From Escherichia coli O127:H6 str. E2348/69 (lineage in GTDB: Bacteria; Pseudomonadota; Gammaproteobacteria; Enterobacterales; Enterobacteriaceae): a stretch of 64,000 nucleotides of DNA. The stretch lies in NCBI RefSeq assembly GCF_000026545.1, contig NC_011601.1; one strand, 5' to 3'. Position numbers and translations under genes: made by a program. Below are positions 12,256-23,364 of this stretch, in pieces (positions within the stretch are counted from its first letter, which is position 1; every line of letters begins with the position of its first letter). The notes under the pieces are model-generated. The model was not told where the DNA came from. It saw nothing but the letters and a program-made list of their open reading frames with translations, and made no database searches.

Positions 12256-15093
12256 CGATTTCCTGACCCTCTCGGCATATACCGTCAGCGTCTGTTTTAT
12301 CACATCCAGCGTTACCGGCTTCGACAGGCAACTGTCCATACCGGACTCCAGACACCGCTGCTTCTCTTCAGCCAACGCATTAGCAGTTACTCCGATTACC
12401 GGCAACGTCAGTCCCAACTGACGAATGCGTTGCGTCAAGCGGTAACCATCCATATTTGGCATATTGACGTCGCTAAGCACGATATCAATATGATTCTTGT
12501 TAAGTACATTAAGCGCATCGACGCCATCATTCGCGGTTTTACATTGATAGCCTAACGATCCCAACTGATCTGCCAGCAGACGCCGGTTAATCGGATGATC
12601 ATCCACGACCAGAATCATCATATCGTCATTATCGCTGACCGCTTTGTCCGTCGACGGCAGAGCGTTAGCAGGATCGTCGCTCTCCATCTCGATCAAATAA
12701 ATACGCGCCAACAATGCCGGTAGCTCATGCGGAGCAGCCACACTGTGTACCCACTCCCCTGGCGCTTTCTCCAGCGGAATACCAATATGGCGACGACAGA
12801 AGGTCACTACCGCTCTGCCCTGCCATTTTTTGTTCACTACCTCGTCAGTAATTAACACATCTTCGGGAGTCGGTTCCTGCCCTTCGTATGTTGTAACGAC
12901 GATGCCGCTGCGCTGCAAACTGGTTTCCAGGAACTGACAGAGCGACGCATTGCGGACCGCCAGCCAGCAGCGTTTACCACTCAACCCTTCCACACCTTTT
13001 TTCTGCGGGTACTGAGCGCCGTACAACGGAATACGCACGGTAAACTGGCTGCCCATTCCCGGTTCTGAATCTACCGAGATGTCGCCGTCCATCATGCTGA
13101 TCAGTTTTTCACAAATCGCCAGACCCAGACCAGTCCCCTGGAAGTTACGCTGTACGCCCGTTCCGACCTGGAAGAAGGGATCAAACAAACGCACCACTTC
13201 TTTTGCCGGAATCCCCACGCCGGTATCGCGAACACGGATAGAGAGATAATCGCCATCAGCGCGAACATGCAAAACTATACAGCCGGTATCGGTGAATTTT
13301 ATGGCGTTACTCAGCAGGTTAGAGATGACCTGTTGTAAACGCATCGGGTCGCCATTTAAGGCCACTGGCACATCCGGTTCAATAAAGCAGTACAAGCCTA
13401 ACTGCTTGCGTACCACCAGCGGTAAATAGTTGGCGGTGATGTGGTTCATCACTTCACGCGGTGAAAACTCACGCGGTTCGATCTTCAACTGTTCTGATTC
13501 AATTTTCGAGAAATCGAGAATATCGCTGATAATTTTCAACAACAGGCTGGAAGAGTTGTTCATTGCCGTCACCAGACGATCGACGCCTTTCGGTAACTCT
13601 TTGGTTTGCAACAGATCCAGGTTACCGATAATGCCATACAGCGGCGTTCGCAGCTCATGACTGACGGTGGCCAGGAACATCGATTTTGACTGGCTCGCCT
13701 GTTCCGCTGCTTGTGCCATCTCCTGCAACGACTCTTCCATCTTCACGCGCGAAGAAACATCCACCAGCACACAAATGGCCACGTTTTCATTACGATAGCG
13801 CGAATGGACGAAGCTGATTTGCAGATTGGTATTGTTGCTGGTCAGGACATCAACAAAATTGACCTGCTGCCCACAGATAATTTGTGTCAGCCGTTGGCGG
13901 TCCTCATGCGTAAGCATATTGAGATAGGTATGCGCCAGTTCGTTACTTAAAATATTGACGCCATCAGCGGTACGCAAAATGCAGATACCCACTGGCGCGG
14001 AGGCGACAATCTTGCGATTAAACTGCTCATGTTCTTCCAGTCGCAGGGCGTCGCTTTCCGCCGGAATGAAAATACGCCGCTCGTACATCCGCGCGAGAGT
14101 AAACAATGCAGCTCCGGCAAGCACATTCAGCAAAATTGCGTTAAGGATCAACATGCGAATGCGTTCCAGCACCTTATCAACTGGCACTGAATAAACGATG
14201 CTTAGCGATGAGGGTGGCAGATTTTTTTTCAGTACCAGTTCGCGGAACCCTTCCGTATAGCCAAACCAGGAGCGTTCCTGCATCCAGCGAGGATCACCCT
14301 TAATTTTGCTTTCTGGTCCGGTAAGCGAAATCAGGGTATGACCATTTTCATCAAGAATGGTAACCCCCATCGGCAACGTACCAGGTAAGAAAAAGTTCTC
14401 CATCCGGATGGTTTGCTCGACACCCAAAAGCGCCTGCAACCGGTTCGCCAGATAAACTGGCGTCAAGGCGTAAAAATACCCGACGCCAGGGCGCGGACCT
14501 TCGCTGATCCAGTAGAGGTTACTGCCACTATCATCTTGTGGTGCATTTCGATATTTATTAATGCGTTCATGCAAAGCTTTTAACGCGGTATCGCGTTCCA
14601 CTGGCATATCACGCAGACCGAAATTGGCCATGCAGAGGTTATCGCTGCCGATTAAAAATACCCGGTTTAGATCGTAAGCCGCAGAAAAATTATCGCGCCA
14701 GTAGCGCATAAACCACGCCAATGACTCCAGAGAACCTCGCCAGGTGTTACTCATTGCGGAACAATCAGAGTCAGCAAATAGCGGTTCAAACGCAGGCACA
14801 TCTGTCTGCGTTTCTCGTCCACGCGGGGAAAGCACACCGTTTTCTGCCGATAAGCGATTTTCAGCTATGTACTTCAGCTCTTTCATCACATCAGAGGTGC
14901 GTTGAATAAAGCGCTGAGCCTGATCGGAACTCAGATTAAATTCCTGACGAATTTCCGATTCTCGCTGATGTAACGCATTAACGATGTAAAAAACGGATGA
15001 AAAAGCAATCAACAGCCAGAGCACTAACGCCAATGCTCTGAACATGTAGCGCGAGACTTTCAGGGTTGTACGAAAAGAAGCAAGGTATTTCAA
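12244..15093 (-). CDS. rcsC: hybrid sensor histidine kinase RcsC
   Basis: 949 aa ORF; TTG start reading (M)KYLASFRTTL; HisKA motif HELRTP, ATPase region, C-terminal receiver; convergent with rcsB. Confidence 0.92.
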   Translation of the reverse strand: MKYLASFRTTLKVSRYMFRALALVLWLLIAFSSVFYIVNALHQRESEIRQEFNLSSDQAQRFIQRTSDVMKELKYIAENRLSAENGVLSPRGRETQTDVPAFEPLFADSDCSAMSNTWRGSLESLAWFMRYWRDNFSAAYDLNRVFLIGSDNLCMANFGLRDMPVERDTALKALHERINKYRNAPQDDSGSNLYWISEGPRPGVGYFYALTPVYLANRLQALLGVEQTIRMENFFLPGTLPMGVTILDENGHTLISLTGPESKIKGDPRWMQERSWFGYTEGFRELVLKKNLPPSSLSIVYSVPVDKVLERIRMLILNAILLNVLAGAALFTLARMYERRIFIPAESDALRLEEHEQFNRKIVASAPVGICILRTADGVNILSNELAHTYLNMLTHEDRQRLTQIICGQQVNFVDVLTSNNTNLQISFVHSRYRNENVAICVLVDVSSRVKMEESLQEMAQAAEQASQSKSMFLATVSHELRTPLYGIIGNLDLLQTKELPKGVDRLVTAMNNSSSLLLKIISDILDFSKIESEQLKIEPREFSPREVMNHITANYLPLVVRKQLGLYCFIEPDVPVALNGDPMRLQQVISNLLSNAIKFTDTGCIVLHVRADGDYLSIRVRDTGVGIPAKEVVRLFDPFFQVGTGVQRNFQGTGLGLAICEKLISMMDGDISVDSEPGMGSQFTVRIPLYGAQYPQKKGVEGLSGKRCWLAVRNASLCQFLETSLQRSGIVVTTYEGQEPTPEDVLITDEVVNKKWQGRAVVTFCRRHIGIPLEKAPGEWVHSVAAPHELPALLARIYLIEMESDDPANALPSTDKAVSDNDDMMILVVDDHPINRRLLADQLGSLGYQCKTANDGVDALNVLNKNHIDIVLSDVNMPNMDGYRLTQRIRQLGLTLPVIGVTANALAEEKQRCLESGMDSCLSKPVTLDVIKQTLTVYAERVRKSRES

Positions 15094-15259
15094 AGGGGCG
15101 AAGCTCCGCCTCAGGTGACCGATGGAGTGTGGTTAAGGTAGCGGTAAAAGCGTGTTACCGCAATGTTCTCTCTTCTCTGGAATATGATACACCGCCGAGA
15201 AATCATCACCTTAACCTCTGATAATCGTCATATACCGGACAAGACTAGTGGATTTCAGC

Positions 15260-17086
15260 ATGCATTATATGAAGTGGATTTATCCACGCCGCTTACGCAA
15301 TCAAATGATCCTGATGGCAATCCTGATGGTCATTGTCCCAACGCTTACTATTGGTTATATCGTAGAAACGGAAGGACGTTCAGCAGTCTTATCTGAAAAA
15401 GAGAAAAAACTTTCTGCCGTGGTCAACCTGCTTAATCAGGCGCTAGGCAATCGCTACGATCTCTACATCGACTTACCGCGTGAGGAGCGTATCCGCGCAT
15501 TAAATGCAGAACTTGCCCCCATTACCGAAAATATCACTCACGCCTTCCCTGGCATCGGCGCTGGTTATTACAACAAAACGCTGGATGCGATAATCACCTA
15601 CGCGCCTTCAGCGCTATATCAGAATAATGTGGGCGTTACCATTGCCGCAGATCACCCTGGTCGCGAAGTCATGCGTACAAATACCCCTTTGGTTTATTCA
15701 GGCAGGCAGGTGCGCGGCGATATTTTGAATTCAATGATTCCCATTGAGCGTAATGGTGAAATCCTCGGCTATATCTGGGCCAATGAATTAACCGAAGATA
15801 TTCGCCGCCAGGCCTGGAAAATGGATGTGAGGATTATCATTGTGCTCACCGCCGGTTTGCTGATAAGCCTGCTGTTGATTGTCCTTTTCTCCCGTCGCCT
15901 GAGCGCCAATATAGATATCATCACCGATGGCCTCTCGACTCTGGCTCAAAATATTCCCACTCGATTACCACAATTGCCCGGTGAAATGGGGCAAATCAGT
16001 CAGAGTGTTAACAACCTCGCCCAGGCACTGCGTGAAACGCGAACACTTAACGATCTGATTATTGAAAACGCTGCCGATGGCGTCATTGCCATTGACCGCC
16101 AGGGTGATGTAACCACCATGAACCCAGCAGCAGAAGTCATCACTGGCTATCAACGTCATGAACTGGTAGGGCAGCCTTACTCCATGTTGTTTGACAATAC
16201 TCAGTTCTACAGTCCCGTACTGGATACGCTGGAACATGGCACCGAACATGTAGCGTTGGAGATCAGTTTTCCAGGCCGTGACCGCACCATTGAACTCAGT
16301 GTCACGACCAGTCGTATTCATAACACGCACGGTGAAATGATAGGTGCTTTGGTGATTTTCTCTGATTTAACTGCCCGCAAAGAAACCCAGCGCCGCATGG
16401 CGCAAGCAGAACGCCTCGCCACACTGGGTGAGCTGATGGCTGGCGTGGCGCATGAAGTACGTAATCCGTTAACGGCTATTCGTGGTTATGTACAGATCTT
16501 GCGCCAACAAACCCGTGACCCAATACATCAGGAATATCTGTCCGTAGTACTCAAAGAAATCGATTCAATTAACAAAGTTATTCAGCAATTGCTCGAATTT
16601 TCACGTCCACGCCACAGTCAATGGCAACAAGTCAGCCTCAATGCATTGGTTGAAGAAACTCTGGTACTGGTACAAACCGCCGGCGTACAAGCGCGGGTCG
16701 ACTTCATAAGCGAACTGGATAATGAATTAAGCCCGATTAACGCCGATCGTGAACTGCTCAAACAGGTACTACTGAATATCCTGATCAATGCCGTCCAGGC
16801 TATCAGTGCACGAGGGAAAATTCGCATTCGAACCTGGCAGTATAGCGACTCACAACAGGCCATTTCGATAGAGGACAACGGCAGTGGCATTGATCTCTCG
16901 CTGCAAAAAAAGATCTTCGATCCCTTTTTCACTACCAAAGCCTCAGGAACCGGGCTTGGTCTGGCGTTAAGTCAACGCATCATTAATGCCCATCAGGGTG
17001 ATATTCGCGTCGCCAGTTTGCCGGGCTACGGCGCAACCTTCACGCTTATTTTACCGATCAACCCGCAGGGAAATCAGACTGTATGA
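15260..17086 (+). CDS. atoS: sensor histidine kinase AtoS
   Basis: ATG at 15260 gives 608 aa MHYMKWIYPRR...; TM, PAS, H-box HEVRNPL; stop overlaps atoC start (ATGA). Confidence 0.9.
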   Translation: MHYMKWIYPRRLRNQMILMAILMVIVPTLTIGYIVETEGRSAVLSEKEKKLSAVVNLLNQALGNRYDLYIDLPREERIRALNAELAPITENITHAFPGIGAGYYNKTLDAIITYAPSALYQNNVGVTIAADHPGREVMRTNTPLVYSGRQVRGDILNSMIPIERNGEILGYIWANELTEDIRRQAWKMDVRIIIVLTAGLLISLLLIVLFSRRLSANIDIITDGLSTLAQNIPTRLPQLPGEMGQISQSVNNLAQALRETRTLNDLIIENAADGVIAIDRQGDVTTMNPAAEVITGYQRHELVGQPYSMLFDNTQFYSPVLDTLEHGTEHVALEISFPGRDRTIELSVTTSRIHNTHGEMIGALVIFSDLTARKETQRRMAQAERLATLGELMAGVAHEVRNPLTAIRGYVQILRQQTRDPIHQEYLSVVLKEIDSINKVIQQLLEFSRPRHSQWQQVSLNALVEETLVLVQTAGVQARVDFISELDNELSPINADRELLKQVLLNILINAVQAISARGKIRIRTWQYSDSQQAISIEDNGSGIDLSLQKKIFDPFFTTKASGTGLGLALSQRIINAHQGDIRVASLPGYGATFTLILPINPQGNQTV

Positions 17087-18468
17087 CTGCTATTAATCGC
17101 ATCCTTATTGTGGATGATGAAGATAATGTTCGCCGTATGCTGAGCACCGCTTTTGCACTACAAGGATTCGAAACACATTGTGCGAACAACGGGCGCACAG
17201 CATTACACCTGTTTGCCGATATTCACCCTGACGTGGTGTTGATGGATATCCGCATGCCAGAGATGGACGGCATCAAGGCACTAAAGGAGATGCGCAGCCA
17301 TGAGACCCGGACACCCGTTATTCTGATGACGGCCTATGCTGAAGTGGAAACCGCCGTCGAAGCACTACGCTGCGGAGCCTTCGACTATGTTATCAAACCG
17401 TTTGATCTCGATGAGTTGAATTTAATCGTTCAGCGCGCTTTACAACTCCAGTCAATGAAAAAAGAGATCCGTCATCTGCACCAGGCACTGAGCACCAGCT
17501 GGCAATGGGGGCACATTCTCACCAACAGCCCGACGATGATGGACATCTGCAAAGACACCGCCAAAATTGCCCTTTCTCAGGCCAGCGTCTTGATTAGCGG
17601 TGAAAGCGGCACCGGGAAAGAGTTGATTGCCAGAGCGATTCACTACAATTCGCGGCGGGCAAAGGGGCCGTTCATTAAAGTCAACTGCGCGGCACTGCCG
17701 GAATCGTTGCTCGAAAGTGAACTGTTTGGTCATGAAAAAGGTGCATTTACTGGTGCACAAACCTTGCGTCAGGGATTATTTGAACGTGCCAACGAAGGTA
17801 CTCTGCTCCTCGACGAAATTGGCGAAATGCCGCTGGTACTGCAAGCCAAATTACTACGCATTCTGCAGGAACGGGAATTTGAACGGATTGGCGGCCATCA
17901 GACCATAAAAGTTGATATCCGCATCATTGCTGCCACCAACCGCGACTTGCAGGCAATGGTGAAAGAAGGCACCTTCCGTGAAGATCTCTTTTATCGCCTT
18001 AACGTTATTCATTTAATACTGCCGCCTCTGCGCGATCGCCGGGAAGATATTTCCCTGTTAGCTAATCACTTTTTGCAAAAATTCAGTAGTGAGAATCAGC
18101 GCGATATTATCGACATCGATCCGATGGCAATGTCACTGCTTACCGCCTGGTCATGGCCGGGAAATATTCGAGAGCTTTCCAACGTTATTGAACGCGCCGT
18201 CGTGATGAATTCAGGCCCGATCATTTTTTCTGAGGATCTTCCGCCGCAGATTCGTCAGCCAGTCTGTAATGCTGGTGAAGCAAAAACAGCCCCTGTCGGT
18301 GAGCGTAATTTAAAAGAGGAAATTAAACGCGTCGAAAAACGCATCATTATGGAAGTGCTGGAACAACAAGAAGGAAACCGAACCCGCACTGCTTTAATGC
18401 TGGGCATCAGTCGCCGTGCATTGATGTATAAACTCCAGGAATACGGTATCGATCCGGCGGATGTATAA
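17083..18468 (+). CDS. atoC: sigma54-dependent response regulator AtoC
   Basis: 461 aa ORF; receiver domain, AAA+ Walker A GESGTGKE, GAFTGA motif, C-terminal HTH. Confidence 0.93.
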   Translation: MTAINRILIVDDEDNVRRMLSTAFALQGFETHCANNGRTALHLFADIHPDVVLMDIRMPEMDGIKALKEMRSHETRTPVILMTAYAEVETAVEALRCGAFDYVIKPFDLDELNLIVQRALQLQSMKKEIRHLHQALSTSWQWGHILTNSPTMMDICKDTAKIALSQASVLISGESGTGKELIARAIHYNSRRAKGPFIKVNCAALPESLLESELFGHEKGAFTGAQTLRQGLFERANEGTLLLDEIGEMPLVLQAKLLRILQEREFERIGGHQTIKVDIRIIAATNRDLQAMVKEGTFREDLFYRLNVIHLILPPLRDRREDISLLANHFLQKFSSENQRDIIDIDPMAMSLLTAWSWPGNIRELSNVIERAVVMNSGPIIFSEDLPPQIRQPVCNAGEAKTAPVGERNLKEEIKRVEKRIIMEVLEQQEGNRTRTALMLGISRRALMYKLQEYGIDPADV

Positions 18469-18479
18469 CGCCAAAACTT

Positions 18480-18520
18480 GCTATGCAGAAATTTGCACAG
18501 TGCGCAATTTTCTGCATAGC
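18480..18520 (+). promoter_or_regulatory. AtoC-binding inverted repeat upstream of atoD
   Basis: Near-perfect palindrome gctatgcagaaatttgcacagtgcgcaattttctgcatagc. Confidence 0.7.
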
Positions 18521-18602
18521 CGCTCATTCTCCTTATGAATCCCCATCTAATTTATCCTTTTCTATTCAATTAGTTAAATAACAACATTCAATAATCTCAT
18601 TC

Positions 18603-18618
18603 TGGCACTCCCCTTGCT
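18603..18618 (+). promoter_or_regulatory. sigma54 (-24/-12) promoter of atoDAEB
   Basis: tggcactccccttgct = TGGCAC-N5-TTGC, about 45 nt upstream of the atoD ATG. Confidence 0.65.
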
Positions 18619-18663
18619 ATTCCCTGACTGTACCCACAACGGTGTATGCAAGAGGGATAAAAA

Positions 18664-19326
18664 ATGAAAACAAAATTGATGACATTACAAGACGCCACCG
18701 GCTTCTTTCGTGACGGCATGACCATCATGGTGGGCGGATTTATGGGGATTGGCACTCCATCCCGCCTGGTTGAAGCATTACTGGAATCAGGTGTTCGCGA
18801 CCTGACATTGATAGCCAATGATACCGCGTTTGTTGATACTGGCATCGGTCCGCTCATCGTCAATGGTCGAGTCCGCAAAGTGATTGCTTCACATATCGGC
18901 ACCAACCCGGAAACAGGTCGGCGCATGATATCTGGTGAGATGGACGTCGTTCTGGTGCCGCAAGGTACGCTAATCGAGCAAATTCGCTGTGGTGGAGCTG
19001 GACTTGGTGGTTTTCTCACCCCAACGGGTGTCGGCACCGTCGTAGAGGAAGGCAAACAGACACTGACACTCGACGGTAAAACCTGGCTGCTCGAACGCCC
19101 ACTGCGCGCCGACCTGGCGCTAATTCGCGCTCATCGTTGCGACACACTTGGCAACCTGACCTATCAACTTAGCGCCCGCAACTTTAACCCCCTGATAGCC
19201 CTTGCGGCTGATATCACGCTGGTAGAGCCAGATGAACTGGTCGAAACCGGCGAGCTGCAACCTGACCATATTGTCACCCCTGGTGCCGTTATCGACCACA
19301 TCATCGTTTCACAGGAGAGCAAATAA
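18664..19326 (+). CDS. atoD: acetate/acetoacetate CoA-transferase subunit alpha
   Basis: 220 aa ORF; stop overlaps atoA start; CoA-transferase family. Confidence 0.92.
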   Translation: MKTKLMTLQDATGFFRDGMTIMVGGFMGIGTPSRLVEALLESGVRDLTLIANDTAFVDTGIGPLIVNGRVRKVIASHIGTNPETGRRMISGEMDVVLVPQGTLIEQIRCGGAGLGGFLTPTGVGTVVEEGKQTLTLDGKTWLLERPLRADLALIRAHRCDTLGNLTYQLSARNFNPLIALAADITLVEPDELVETGELQPDHIVTPGAVIDHIIVSQESK

Positions 19327-19976
19327 TGGATGCGAAACAATGTATTGCGCGCCGTGTGGCGCAAGAGCTTCGTGATGGTGACATCGTTAACTTAGGGATC
19401 GGTTTACCCACAATGGTCGCCAATTATTTACCGGAGGGTATTCATATCACTCTGCAATCGGAAAACGGCTTCCTCGGTTTAGGCCCGGTCACAACAGCGC
19501 ATCCCGATCTGGTGAACGCTGGCGGACAACCGTGCGGCATTTTACCCGGTGCAGCCATGTTTGATAGCGCCATGTCATTTGCGCTAATCCGTGGCGGTCA
19601 TATTGATGCCTGCGTGCTCGGCGGTTTGCAAGTAGACGAAGAAGCAAACCTCGCGAACTGGGTAGTGCCTGGGAAAATGGTGCCCGGTATGGGTGGCGCG
19701 ATGGATCTGGTGACCGGGTCGCGCAAAGTGATCATCGCCATGGAACATTGCGCCAAAGATGGTTCAGCAAAAATTTTGCGCCGCTGCACCATGCCACTCA
19801 CTGCGCAACATGCGGTGCATATGCTGGTTACTGAACTGGCTGTCTTTCGTTTTATTGACGGCAAAATGTGGCTCACCGAAATTGCCGACGGGTGTGATTT
19901 AGCCACCGTGCGTGCCAAAACAGAAGCTCGGTTTGAGGTAGCTGCCGATCTGAATACGCAACGGGGTGATTTATGA
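19326..19976 (+). CDS. atoA: acetate/acetoacetate CoA-transferase subunit beta
   Basis: 216 aa ORF, translationally coupled to atoD and atoE. Confidence 0.92.
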   Translation: MDAKQCIARRVAQELRDGDIVNLGIGLPTMVANYLPEGIHITLQSENGFLGLGPVTTAHPDLVNAGGQPCGILPGAAMFDSAMSFALIRGGHIDACVLGGLQVDEEANLANWVVPGKMVPGMGGAMDLVTGSRKVIIAMEHCAKDGSAKILRRCTMPLTAQHAVHMLVTELAVFRFIDGKMWLTEIADGCDLATVRAKTEARFEVAADLNTQRGDL

Positions 19977-21295
19977 TTGGTCGCATATCGCGTTTTATGA
20001 CGCGTTTTGTCAGCCGGTGGCTTCCCGATCCACTGATCTTTGCCATGTTGCTGACATTGCTAACATTCGTGATCGCGCTTTGGTTAACACCACAAACGCC
20101 GATCAGCATGGTGAAAATGTGGGGTGACGGTTTCTGGAACTTGCTGGCGTTTGGTATGCAGATGGCGCTTATCATCGTTACCGGTCATGCCCTTGCCAGC
20201 TCCGCTCCGGTAAAAAGTTTGCTGCGTACTGCCGCCTCCGCCGCAAAGACGCCCGTACAGGGCGTCATGCTGGTTACTTTCTTCGGTTCAGTCGCTTGTG
20301 TCATCAACTGGGGATTTGGTTTGGTTGTCGGTGCAATGTTCGCCCGTGAAGTCGCCCGCCGAGTACCCGGTTCTGATTATCCGTTGCTCATTGCCTGCGC
20401 CTACATTGGTTTTCTCACCTGGGGTGGCGGTTTCTCTGGCTCAATGCCTCTGTTGGCTGCAACACCGGGCAACCCGGTTGAGCATATCGCCGGGCTGATC
20501 CCGGTGGGCGATACTCTGTTCAGTGGTTTTAATATTTTCATCACTGTGGCGTTGATTGTGGTGATGCCATTTATCACCCGCATGATGATGCCAAAACCGT
20601 CTGACGTGGTGAGTATCGATCCGAAACTACTCATGGAAGAGGCTGATTTTCAAAAGCAACTACCGAAAAATGCTCCACCGTCCGAGCGACTGGAAGAAAG
20701 CCGTATTCTGACGTTGATCATCGGCGCACTCGGTATCGCTTACCTGGCGATGTACTTCAGCGAACATGGCTTCAACATCACCATCAATACCGTCAACCTG
20801 ATGTTTATGATTGCGGGTCTGCTGCTACATAAAACGCCAATGGCTTATATGCGTGCTATCAGCGCGGCAGCACGCAGTACCGCCGGTATTCTGGTGCAAT
20901 TCCCCTTCTACGCGGGGATCCAACTGATGATGGAGCACTCCGGTCTGGGTGGGCTCATTACTGAATTCTTCATCAATGTTGCGAACAAAGACACCTTCCC
21001 GGTAATGACCTTCTTTAGTTCTGCACTGATTAACTTCGCCGTTCCGTCTGGCGGCGGTCACTGGGTTATTCAGGGACCTTTCGTGATACCCGCAGCCCAG
21101 GCGCTGGGCGCTGATCTCGGTAAATCAGTAATGGCGATCGCCTACGGCGAGCAATGGATGAACATGGCACAACCGTTTTGGGCGCTGCCAGCACTGGCAA
21201 TCGCCGGACTCGGCGTCCGCGACATCATGGGCTATTGCATCACTGCTCTGCTTTTCTCCGGCGTCATTTTCGTCATTGGTTTAACGCTGTTCTGA
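19973..21295 (+). CDS. atoE: short-chain fatty acid transporter
   Basis: 440 aa polytopic membrane ORF within the ato operon. Confidence 0.9.
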   Translation: MIGRISRFMTRFVSRWLPDPLIFAMLLTLLTFVIALWLTPQTPISMVKMWGDGFWNLLAFGMQMALIIVTGHALASSAPVKSLLRTAASAAKTPVQGVMLVTFFGSVACVINWGFGLVVGAMFAREVARRVPGSDYPLLIACAYIGFLTWGGGFSGSMPLLAATPGNPVEHIAGLIPVGDTLFSGFNIFITVALIVVMPFITRMMMPKPSDVVSIDPKLLMEEADFQKQLPKNAPPSERLEESRILTLIIGALGIAYLAMYFSEHGFNITINTVNLMFMIAGLLLHKTPMAYMRAISAAARSTAGILVQFPFYAGIQLMMEHSGLGGLITEFFINVANKDTFPVMTFFSSALINFAVPSGGGHWVIQGPFVIPAAQALGADLGKSVMAIAYGEQWMNMAQPFWALPALAIAGLGVRDIMGYCITALLFSGVIFVIGLTLF

Positions 21296-21325
21296 CGGCA
21301 ACTTTACAGACAGAAGGAATATAAA

Positions 21326-22510
21326 ATGAAAAATTGTGTCATCGTCAGTGCGGTACGTACTGCCATCGGTAGTTTTAATGGTTCACTCGCCTCCACCAGC
21401 GCCATCGATCTGGGAGCAACAGTAATTCAGGCCGCTATTGAACGCGCAAAAATCGATTCACAACATATCGATGAAGTGATTATGGGTAACGTGTTGCAAG
21501 CCGGGCTGGGGCAAAATCCGGCGCGTCAGGCACTGTTAAAAAGCGGACTAGCCGAAACGGTGTGCGGATTCACGGTCAATAAGGTGTGTGGTTCGGGTCT
21601 GAAAAGCGTGGCGCTTGCCGCCCAGGCAATTCAGGCAGGTCAGGCGCAGAGCATTGTGGCGGGGGGTATGGAAAATATGAGTTTAGCGCCCTACTTACTC
21701 GATGCAAAAGCGCGCTCCGGTTATCGTCTGGGAGACGGACAGGTTTATGACGTAATCCTGCGCGATGGCCTGATGTGCGCCACCCATGGTTATCATATGG
21801 GGATTACCGCCGAAAACGTGGCTAAAGAGTACGGAATTACCCGTGAAATGCAGGATGAACTGGCGCTACATTCACAGCGTAAAGCGGCTGCCGCAATTGA
21901 GTCCGGTGCTTTTACAGCCGAAATCGTCCCGGTAAATGTTGTCACTCGAAAGAAAACCCTCGTCTTCAGTCAAGACGAATTCCCGAAAGTGGATTCTACG
22001 GCTGAAGCGTTAGGCGCATTGCGCCCGGCCTTCGATAAAGCAGGAACAGTCACCGCCGGGAACGCGTCTGGCATTAACGACGGTGCTGCCGCTCTGGTGA
22101 TTATGGAAGAATCCGCGGCGCTGGCAGCAGGCCTGAATCCCCTGGCACGTATTAAAAGTTATGCCAGCGGCGGCGTGCCCCCCGCATTGATGGGTATGGG
22201 GCCAGTACCTGCCACGCAAAAAGCGTTACAACTGGCGGGGCTGCAACTGGCAGACATTGATCTTATCGAAGCCAATGAAGCATTTGCCGCGCAGTTCCTT
22301 GCTGTAGGGAAAACGCTGGGCTTTGATCCTGAGAAAGTGAATGTCAACGGTGGGGCCATCGCGCTGGGGCATCCTATCGGTGCCAGCGGTGCACGAATTC
22401 TGGTCACACTATTACATGCAATGCAGGCACGCGATAAAACGCTGGGTCTGGCAACGTTGTGCATTGGCGGCGGTCAAGGAATTGCGATGGTGATTGAACG
22501 ATTGAATTAA
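21326..22510 (+). CDS. atoB: acetyl-CoA acetyltransferase (thiolase II)
   Basis: 394 aa ORF; thiolase motifs ([11 protein letters not shown]-terminal [11 protein letters not shown]). Confidence 0.93.
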   Translation: MKNCVIVSAVRTAIGSFNGSLASTSAIDLGATVIQAAIERAKIDSQHIDEVIMGNVLQAGLGQNPARQALLKSGLAETVCGFTVNKVCGSGLKSVALAAQAIQAGQAQSIVAGGMENMSLAPYLLDAKARSGYRLGDGQVYDVILRDGLMCATHGYHMGITAENVAKEYGITREMQDELALHSQRKAAAAIESGAFTAEIVPVNVVTRKKTLVFSQDEFPKVDSTAEALGALRPAFDKAGTVTAGNASGINDGAAALVIMEESAALAAGLNPLARIKSYASGGVPPALMGMGPVPATQKALQLAGLQLADIDLIEANEAFAAQFLAVGKTLGFDPEKVNVNGGAIALGHPIGASGARILVTLLHAMQARDKTLGLATLCIGGGQGIAMVIERLN

Positions 22511-22516
22511 CATGTA

Positions 22517-22550
22517 AAAACGCCCGATAGCGAAAGTCATCGGGCGTTTT
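22517..22550. terminator. bidirectional intrinsic terminator between atoB and yfaP
   Basis: aaaacgcccgat-agcgaaagtc-atcgggcgtttt: 8 bp GC-rich stem flanked by A-run and T-run. Confidence 0.75.
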
Positions 22551-22583
22551 CTTGAACATTGGCAGTAAAGGTAACCTCATTAA

Positions 22584-23360
22584 TCACCAGTCAAAACTTT
22601 TCACCAGCGTCAGCTCGCCAGCATTACGCATCGGTACAATAAATGTTTCCTGTTTCTCATTAACCGATCCTTCATCGGTGATCAGCGTCAGTTGGGCGGT
22701 CGTCAATTCCGTTTCGCTGCGTCCGCCATAGTAGTTGATATACACCTGATAGCGCCCGTGAACTGGTGCTGGCATGGCGAAAATCTCGGGTCCGTACCCC
22801 GTCGTGACATCCATATCCAGTGCACCACTGTTTTTCAGCACGGTGTTACCGTACCAGGCGTGTTCGCCATCAGGTGTGACAACGTGAAGATCGAGGTCGG
22901 TATTGTCCGTATCCCAGGAGAGAACCAGCCGTAAACGCGCGCGGATCACTCCAGCGCCCGGCGTTGAGTAAAACTGCATTTTTTGTCGGCTTTGCCCATC
23001 TGGGCTGATGACCTGCACGCTGTTGCTGCCTTCAGTGAAAATATAAGGGCGTGCAAAAGAACCATCTGATTCAATTCTCTGCGGCATACTGGCACCGTTG
23101 ACCACCAGCCGGCCCTGCTGAACTTTACCCGCCGCAGCATAATTCTTTATTTTGCCGCGGATCTGCGCTGAGATATTTTGATCATCTGCCATGTTGACGG
23201 ACGAAGCGGGGTAATTGATCGATTGTGAAAAACTGGCATCTTCACCCTCTGCCGGATGCCAGCCAGAGAGCGGTGCATCAATCTCGACTTCCTGCACACC
23301 TTCGCCATGGGCAACAGGCGAAAGCGCCACCAGTAACAACGGAAGAAAAATCTTTCGCAT
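22584..23360 (-). CDS. yfaP: secreted protein of unknown function (YfaP family); last gene of the alpha-2-macroglobulin cluster
   Basis: 258 aa ORF with N-terminal signal peptide (MRKIFLPLLLVALSPVAHG); 4 nt after the yfaQ stop. Confidence 0.85.
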   Translation of the reverse strand: MRKIFLPLLLVALSPVAHGEGVQEVEIDAPLSGWHPAEGEDASFSQSINYPASSVNMADDQNISAQIRGKIKNYAAAGKVQQGRLVVNGASMPQRIESDGSFARPYIFTEGSNSVQVISPDGQSRQKMQFYSTPGAGVIRARLRLVLSWDTDNTDLDLHVVTPDGEHAWYGNTVLKNSGALDMDVTTGYGPEIFAMPAPVHGRYQVYINYYGGRSETELTTAQLTLITDEGSVNEKQETFIVPMRNAGELTLVKSFDW

Positions 23361-23364
23361 AGCA

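Noticed and set aside
15141..15163. Inverted repeat gcggtaa-aagcgtg-ttaccgc in the rcsC-atoS gap as a terminator
   Set aside because: No T-run follows on either strand, and it sits upstream of both divergent genes, so it is more likely a promoter-region feature or chance.
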